Positions 58,167 through 64,000 of a DNA stretch of 64,000 nt are shown here, piece after piece; positions within the stretch are counted from its first letter, which is position 1, and every line of letters starts with the position of its first letter. The stretch lies in assembly GCA_963665775.2 (NCBI GenBank), contig CAXXTF010000002.1:1088001-1152000 (forward strand), given 5' to 3'. Origin of the DNA: Dehalococcoidia bacterium. Lineage in GTDB: Bacteria; Chloroflexota; Dehalococcoidia; SM23-28-2; RBG-16-64-32. The position numbers and the translations under genes were made by a program. The notes below the pieces were generated by a model. The model was not told where the DNA came from and ran no database searches. It saw only the letters and a program-made list of their open reading frames with translations.

Positions 58167-58883
58167 ATGAATACCCTGATCAAAGGTGCGAAACGGTTAA
58201 GATTCGATCTGGCCCCTCGGCAGGTCGAAGCCTTCCGCATCTACCAGAAGGAGCTCATCGCCCAGCGTAGCCGGGCCGGCCTCACCTCCCTCACCGATAG
58301 CGGGGCCATCCAGCACCGCCACTTCCTGGAGTCGCTAGCCCTCCTGCGCGCCCTAGAGGATGCCGGCGTTTTCGCCTCCACCGCCATCGATATCGGCGCC
58401 GGGGCCGGTTTCCCCGGCCTCCCCATGAGAATCGTGCGCCCCGACCTAACCCTTACGCTGGTCGAAGCCACCGGCAAAAAGGCCGCCTTCCTGGAGCGTC
58501 TGATCGAGCGGCTGGGACTGACTGGCGTCACCGTAGCCAAGGCCCGAGCCGAGGAGCTGGCACACGACGGGGCGCACCGTGCCGCCTACGAGTTGGCCCT
58601 GGCCCGCGCCGTGGCCCCTCTTCCCACCCTGGTGGAGCTGGCCCTGCCGTTCCTCCGCCTGGGCGGCTATCTGGCCACCCCGAAGGGGAGCGCCACCCCC
58701 CGCGAGGTGCCGGACGCTGCCGTCGCTCTCCAGACCTGCGGCGGCCAGGTGGAACTCCTGCGGGCTCTGGATGTCGAGGGGCCTGAACCTGCGCCTACCA
58801 TGGTCCTGGTTCGGAAGATCGCGGATACACCGGATCGCTACCCGCGGCGACCGGGCATGCCGGCCAAGCGACCCCTGCGCTAG
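58167..58883 (+). CDS. rsmG: 16S rRNA m7G527 methyltransferase
   Basis: HFLESL, DIGAGAGFPG, KKAAFL, RAEE, ARAVA and YPRRPG motifs. Confidence 0.94.
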   Translation: MNTLIKGAKRLRFDLAPRQVEAFRIYQKELIAQRSRAGLTSLTDSGAIQHRHFLESLALLRALEDAGVFASTAIDIGAGAGFPGLPMRIVRPDLTLTLVEATGKKAAFLERLIERLGLTGVTVAKARAEELAHDGAHRAAYELALARAVAPLPTLVELALPFLRLGGYLATPKGSATPREVPDAAVALQTCGGQVELLRALDVEGPEPAPTMVLVRKIADTPDRYPRRPGMPAKRPLR

Positions 58884-58964
58884 TGGCGGAGTGCTTGCGC
58901 CAACCGACCGGACAAGATGTAGAATAGTTCCAGCCCTCGGCGGACAGCCGCAAGGGAGAAAGTT

Positions 58965-59585
58965 ATGAAATTACAGGGAACAAATCTCCAGACGGTGGGC
59001 AGCTGGCTCGGGCGGCTCCTGAGCCTCGACTTCAGCGTCCTCGACGAGATACGCGCCGAGCCGGCCGCCACCAGGGCCGCTGTTGGTATCGTTCTGACCG
59101 CCAGCGCTCTGGCCGGCCTCGGCTCCTGGCTCTGGGCCGTACAGAGCACTAAGCTGGACGGTGTCGACACGGCCGAAGTGTTCCTCAAGTCACTGCTTCT
59201 GGGCAGCATAATACAGACGATGGTCTGGCTTCTCTGGGTCTACCTCACGTACCAGATCCTTGCGCGAGCCTACGGCGTCCCCACCAACTTCTCGGAACTC
59301 ACTCGCATCATGGGCTTCGCGTTCGCCCCTGTGGGCCTCAGCTTGCTCGTCGCCGTCAAGGGGCTCGCCATCCCCTTTGGTGTCATCGCCTTCGCTATGG
59401 CCGTCCTCATCACCAACATCGCCGTCCAACAGACCACGAACTCTGGCGCCCGGGAGACGACGATCGCCAATCTCTCCGGCTTCGCTGTCTTCGCCATCGT
59501 CATGGGCGCTTTCGCCAACATCGCCGAGGTCGAGGCTTTCGGCGGTCTCGCTCCCGGCATCTTCTTCTTCTCACTCGATCTCTGA
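58965..59585 (+). CDS. Yip1-like multi-pass membrane protein
   Basis: About 5 TM segments and RIMGFAFAP. Confidence 0.65.
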   Translation: MKLQGTNLQTVGSWLGRLLSLDFSVLDEIRAEPAATRAAVGIVLTASALAGLGSWLWAVQSTKLDGVDTAEVFLKSLLLGSIIQTMVWLLWVYLTYQILARAYGVPTNFSELTRIMGFAFAPVGLSLLVAVKGLAIPFGVIAFAMAVLITNIAVQQTTNSGARETTIANLSGFAVFAIVMGAFANIAEVEAFGGLAPGIFFFSLDL

Positions 59586-59657
59586 TCCCGCTGTCCAGCC
59601 CGAAACGGGCGCCTCCCTTGCCTGCGAACCGCCGTTCTGCTACGATGCTTTCGGCTA

Positions 59658-59733
59658 GGGGCTGTAGCTCAGCTGGGAGAGCGCCTCAATGGCATTGAGG
59701 AGGTCAGGGGTTCGAGCCCCCTCAGCTCCACCA
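59658..59733 (+). tRNA. tRNA-Ala(GGC)
   Basis: GGGGCTGTAGCTCAGCTGGGAGAGCG...anticodon GGC...GGTTCGAGCCCC...CTCCACCA. Confidence 0.97.
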
Positions 59734-59855
59734 ACTCCGTTTCTAACGACACAATGGCTACCGAAGGGAATGGCACAGGGCCCTCCGTCCCTGGACGCGG
59801 GGCCTTTAGGTTATCATAGACATTGGCTAACAGCTTCTTTCGGGGGTAAATCAAG

Positions 59856-60209
59856 ATGCCAGAAGGACAATCGCATAAGAGAGCCAAATCAGAGGCCGCG
59901 GGCAAGAGCGGCCGCACCGAGGTCAAGATCAGCGGCGGACAACGATTGGATGCCATGACCAAGAATCGAGCTGTAGAGGTGGAGACCAGCGGTGCTTCAG
60001 CCAGATTAACGCAAGCCGCCCGAAGGCTACAAGCAAGCGGAAAATTTCAACGCGTTCTAGTGGTTCCACAGAGAGATTTCCCTAAGGCCCGTCAAGCCAT
60101 GCGGGGGGCCAAGGTTTCCGGTACGGTTAGAAACCTCACAGGGACAAGATCGAGTCATGTCCGTCCGTCCAAGGGACCCACAAGGACCTCGTCGTCTCGC
60201 AAGAAATGA
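59856..60209 (+). CDS. Small basic protein with a PD-(D/E)XK-like motif
   Basis: H..K...E.....R.D......EVETS pattern; ATGA overlap with the PIN gene. Confidence 0.6.
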   Translation: MPEGQSHKRAKSEAAGKSGRTEVKISGGQRLDAMTKNRAVEVETSGASARLTQAARRLQASGKFQRVLVVPQRDFPKARQAMRGAKVSGTVRNLTGTRSSHVRPSKGPTRTSSSRKK

Positions 60210-60790
60210 TGCCGACGCTGGAGGAATTCGTCAAGGAAGAAATCCAGGAGCACGGATTGCGCCTCTACTTCGACACTAGCGTAATCCTGGATCTCTTAAG
60301 GCCAAATCGGCGACCACAGTCCCAAGAACTCCTTGATCTCACGATGGCAAATGATTCGGAGTGTACGAGTTCTTATTTCGCGTTGATGGAGGCCCTCGAT
60401 ATCGAGCAAGAGAATATGTGGTTCCGAAACAAGATACGTGCGGGGGAGGATGTAGCTAGTCTTCTCCGTCGCCGCCAGAAGCGGGACCCCCTCAGCCCTC
60501 AAGCGTCAGGAAGATTGTTTAACCAGATGTATGGAAGGTTTGTTAAAGAAAAACAGGACTTCATCTCTTGGGTCATCCTTGATGAAGAGGCATGGGATGA
60601 AGCCCTCAGGCTGGCAATGACGAGCAACATCAGGGCTCCTGATTGTATCCATGTCGCGGCGGCAGTCACTATGAATTGCAACATGATGATCACCTCGGAC
60701 GAAATACTGCGAGACCTAGCAAATCAGCATGTCCATACCGCCAACCCGATCCAGATGACCGCGCTGCTAAATCGGATATCTGGTAGCTAG
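60206..60790 (+). CDS. PIN-domain (VapC-like) protein
   Basis: YFDTSV, E, PDCIHVAAA and ITSD acidic residues. Confidence 0.85.
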   Translation: MMPTLEEFVKEEIQEHGLRLYFDTSVILDLLRPNRRPQSQELLDLTMANDSECTSSYFALMEALDIEQENMWFRNKIRAGEDVASLLRRRQKRDPLSPQASGRLFNQMYGRFVKEKQDFISWVILDEEAWDEALRLAMTSNIRAPDCIHVAAAVTMNCNMMITSDEILRDLANQHVHTANPIQMTALLNRISGS

Positions 60791-60901
60791 CTAGTCCGGA
60801 GGCGAGGAGCGCCGCTACATCGAGGGCAGTACTGGCCTCATCCCGGATATAATCTAAGCCAGGCAAGCCAGTGACCAGTTAGGCCCGACCCGGAGTACGA
60901 C

Positions 60902-63352
60902 ATGAGTGACCGCTACAACCCACAGGCCATCGAAAGCAAGTGGCAGGGGCGGTGGGAGGCGGACGGCCTCTACCGGACAGACCTGGGCGATGCCAGCTCC
61001 AAGTTCTACTACCTCACTATGCTCCCGTACACCTCGGGCGATCTCCACATTGGCCACTGGTATAGCTACATCGGCCCCGACATCCAGGCCCGCTACCGCC
61101 GCATGCAGGGCCAGAACGTCTTCTTCCCCATAGGCTTCGACGCCTTCGGCCTGCCGGCGGAGAACGCCGCCATCAGGCAGGGCATCCATCCCCACAAGTG
61201 GACCTACGACAACATCGACCGCATGCGGGGACAGTTCCGTTCCATGGGCGCCATGTTCGACTGGTCGAAAGAGGCCATCACCTCTGACCCGGAGTACTAC
61301 CGTTGGAACCAGTGGTTCTTCCTGAAGCTGTTCGAAAAGGGGCTGGCCTACCGCGCCCTGGCTCCCACCAACTGGTGCCCCTCCTGCCAGACCGTCCTCG
61401 CCAACGAGCAGGTCCTGGCCGACGGCACCTGCGAGCGCTGCCACACCGCCGTCACCCATCGCGATCTGGAGCAGTGGTTCCTCCGGATCACGAATTACGC
61501 CGACGAGCTCCTCGACTTCTCCGGCCTGCAGTGGCCGGAGAGGGTCATCACTATGCAGAGGAACTGGATCGGCCGCTCCGAGGGCGTGGAGATCACCTTC
61601 GGCCTCGACATACCCGGCGTCGACCAGAAGGAGCTTCGGGTCTTCACCACCCGCCCCGACACGGTATTCGGCGTCACCTTCATGGTCCTCGCCCCGGAAC
61701 ACCCCCTGGTCCCCCTCATCACCACGCCCGACCGTCGCGCCGAGGTCGAAGCCTACGTCGAGCAGGCCCGCCGTCAGACAGAGATCGAGCGCCTCAGCAC
61801 CGAACACGAGAAGACCGGCGTCTTCACCGGCGCCTACTGCCACAACCCCCTCTCCGACGAGGACGTACCCATCTGGATCGCCGACTACGCCCTCCTCTGG
61901 TACGGCACCGGCGCCGTCATGGGCGTCCCCGCCCACGACCAGCGCGACTTCGAGTTCGCTGAGAGATACGGCTTCCCCGTTCGCGTCGTCATCGCCCCAG
62001 CCGATTGGGACCGCGAACCCCTGGACGCCGCCTACCTGGAGTCCGGGGTGATGGTCAACTCCGCCCAGTTCAACGGCTTCCCCAGCGCGGAGGGCAAGGA
62101 CGCCGTGGCTGATTATGTCGAGTCTAAGGGCTCGGGCCGCCGCACCGTCTCCTACCGACTCCGCGACTGGTTGATCTCCCGCCAGCGCTACTGGGGCACC
62201 CCCATCCCCATCGTTCACTGCCCCACCTGCGGCGCCGTTCCCGTACCGGAGGAGCAGCTACCCGTCATCCTGCCTCAAGACGCCGAGTTCAAGCCTACCG
62301 GCGAGTCCCCCCTGGCCCGCCACGAGGGCTTCGTCAACACCCCCTGCCCTCGCTGCCAAGAACCCGCCCGCCGTGAGAGCGACACCATGGACACCTTCAT
62401 GGACTCCAACTGGTACTTCATCCGCTACCTGAGCCCCCAGTACGACCAGGGCCCTGTAGACCCCGATCTCGCCCAGACCTGGCTCCCCGTGGACCAGTAC
62501 ACAGGCGGCACCGAGCACGCCGTCATGCACCTGCTGTACGCCCGCTTCTTCTGGAAGGTCATCCGGGACTTGGGCGTCACCCTGGGGAGCGAACCGTTCA
62601 TCCGCCTCTTCAACCAGGGCCAGATCCTGGGCCCCGACGGGCAACGCATGTCCAAGTCCCGCGGGAACGTCATCGCTCCCGACGAGCAGGTGGCCCGCCA
62701 CGGTGCTGACACCTTCCGCTGCTACCTCATGTTCATCGGCCCCTGGGACGAAGGCGGCCCCTTCGGCCTTGAGGGGATCGCCGGCATCTGGCGCTGGCTG
62801 AACCGCGCCTGGAGCCTGATCCTCAGCGAACCGAACTTCGGGGCCGCCGAACCGGCCACCACCCGAAACCTGCGGCGCCTTACCCATCAGACCATCCGCA
62901 AAGCCACCGAATGCCTGGAGGGCTTCCACTTCAACACACTCATCGCCGCCCTCATGGAGATGACCAACGGCCTCATCCGCGCTCGCGAGGCCGGCCCCGT
63001 CGATCGCGCCGCCTGGGACGAGGCGACCGGCGGCCTGCTCCTGATGTTGGCACCTCTGGCCCCTCACATCGCCGAGGAGCTGTGGGCCCGCACCGGCCGT
63101 CCCTACAGCGTCCACCAGCAGGCCTGGCCCAGCTGGGACGCAGACCTGGCCCGCGAGGACGAGGTCACCCTGGTCGTTCAGGTGAACGGCAAGCTGCGCG
63201 ATCGCATCCAGGTCGGCGCCGATATCGACGAGGCCCGGGCCAAGGAGTTGGCTCTGGCCAGCCCCCAGGTGCGAAAACACATCGATAACCAGGCGGTACA
63301 GCGGGTTATCTACGTCCCCGGCAAGCTGGTGAACGTAGTAGTAGTACGATAG
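60902..63352 (+). CDS. leuS: Leucine--tRNA ligase
   Basis: HIGH, FTTRPDT, GAVMGVPAHD, RMSKS and VVQVNGKLR motifs. Confidence 0.97.
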   Translation: MSDRYNPQAIESKWQGRWEADGLYRTDLGDASSKFYYLTMLPYTSGDLHIGHWYSYIGPDIQARYRRMQGQNVFFPIGFDAFGLPAENAAIRQGIHPHKWTYDNIDRMRGQFRSMGAMFDWSKEAITSDPEYYRWNQWFFLKLFEKGLAYRALAPTNWCPSCQTVLANEQVLADGTCERCHTAVTHRDLEQWFLRITNYADELLDFSGLQWPERVITMQRNWIGRSEGVEITFGLDIPGVDQKELRVFTTRPDTVFGVTFMVLAPEHPLVPLITTPDRRAEVEAYVEQARRQTEIERLSTEHEKTGVFTGAYCHNPLSDEDVPIWIADYALLWYGTGAVMGVPAHDQRDFEFAERYGFPVRVVIAPADWDREPLDAAYLESGVMVNSAQFNGFPSAEGKDAVADYVESKGSGRRTVSYRLRDWLISRQRYWGTPIPIVHCPTCGAVPVPEEQLPVILPQDAEFKPTGESPLARHEGFVNTPCPRCQEPARRESDTMDTFMDSNWYFIRYLSPQYDQGPVDPDLAQTWLPVDQYTGGTEHAVMHLLYARFFWKVIRDLGVTLGSEPFIRLFNQGQILGPDGQRMSKSRGNVIAPDEQVARHGADTFRCYLMFIGPWDEGGPFGLEGIAGIWRWLNRAWSLILSEPNFGAAEPATTRNLRRLTHQTIRKATECLEGFHFNTLIAALMEMTNGLIRAREAGPVDRAAWDEATGGLLLMLAPLAPHIAEELWARTGRPYSVHQQAWPSWDADLAREDEVTLVVQVNGKLRDRIQVGADIDEARAKELALASPQVRKHIDNQAVQRVIYVPGKLVNVVVVR

Positions 63353-63426
63353 GGGATGCCAGCAGCCGCCGCAGCCGGCGGTGAATGCTGAACGTAGCCG
63401 AACTTTCTGAGATAATCGATTCGCCA

Positions 63427-63915
63427 ATGCCAACGACCTCCGCTTCTCGAGTCATCGCCGCGCCCCAGCAGGAGATCTGGGCCACGCTAGCGGACGTCAC
63501 CAACGCCAGCCGCTGGAACAGCGCCTGGAGCCAGATCGAGTTCACTTCCAGCCAGCAGGAGGGTGCCGGCACGAGCTTCCGCGCCCACGCCGACGGCCGC
63601 CCCTTCGAGTTCGAGATAACCCACTGGACTCCCCCCGAGCACATCGCCTTCGCACCGATCCGCCGGGACGACTCAGAGCGTTACGCTATACACCTGGAAT
63701 CCCAGGCCTTTCGCCTGCAGCCGGCCGACGATCACCACACCAACGTAGAGATCATCGCCACCGCTTCCCTGCACGGTATCCGCGGCCGTCTAATCGGCTA
63801 CTTCCTCTGGCGAGGCTACCAGAAGCCAGGCCTGTACAGTGCCCTGGACGCCCTACAGGCCATCTTCGAGCCGCCGGAGGAAGATGACATCTCGGAGCCT
63901 GAGGAGACACCATAG
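63427..63915 (+). CDS. SRPBCC/polyketide cyclase-family protein
   Basis: SRVIAAPQQEIWATLADVTNASRWN...GAGTSF. Confidence 0.82.
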   Translation: MPTTSASRVIAAPQQEIWATLADVTNASRWNSAWSQIEFTSSQQEGAGTSFRAHADGRPFEFEITHWTPPEHIAFAPIRRDDSERYAIHLESQAFRLQPADDHHTNVEIIATASLHGIRGRLIGYFLWRGYQKPGLYSALDALQAIFEPPEEDDISEPEETP

Positions 63916-64000
63916 TACTCGCCGGACTGATGGCAGTAGGGGCTCCCTGGGTCTGACTCCCGCTTCCCTGCACTCGACCCGCACTTCACTGTCCCTGAGC

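Noticed and set aside
59669-59962. ORFs overlapping tRNA-Ala
   Set aside because: They are translations of tRNA sequence.
60791-60901. T-box leader for leuS or an attR copy of the tRNA end
   Set aside because: No T-box consensus or tRNA 3' duplication is visible; only a TATAAT box.

Overview
GC-rich bacterial chromosomal segment. Gene content and order (rpmF-fabD-fabG-nusB-acpP, udg-rnj-ftsK, class F sortase, a pan-type leader, MaoC and TPP enzymes) suggest Chloroflexota, probably Dehalococcoidia-like; this is an inference. It is mostly housekeeping: birA, murE, RNase P RNA, rnhA, fatty-acid synthesis, tatBC, uvrB, pabBC, ruvAC, panDBC, polA-mutM, nfo, a biotin-dependent carboxyltransferase trio, korAB, aconitase, rsmG, tRNA-Ala and leuS. 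The main items not explained by the ORF track are: (1) an HMA-domain gene with an in-frame UGA at the second Cys of its CxxC motif, followed by a SECIS-like hairpin and coupled to nfo (candidate selenoprotein); (2) a large-serine-recombinase homologue lacking its catalytic Ser and DRLxR motif, embedded in the zinc-ribbon/RNase HI operon (candidate domesticated DNA-binding protein); (3) a small structured transcript with a strong SD, a 24-aa ORF and a terminator directly upstream of birA; (4) an AT-richer two-gene islet (PD-(D/E)XK-like plus PIN) at the tRNA-Ala 3' end. An in-frame amber codon, a 73-bp exact duplication and a few odd substitutions suggest possible consensus or assembly errors, so single-base claims need read-level checks.
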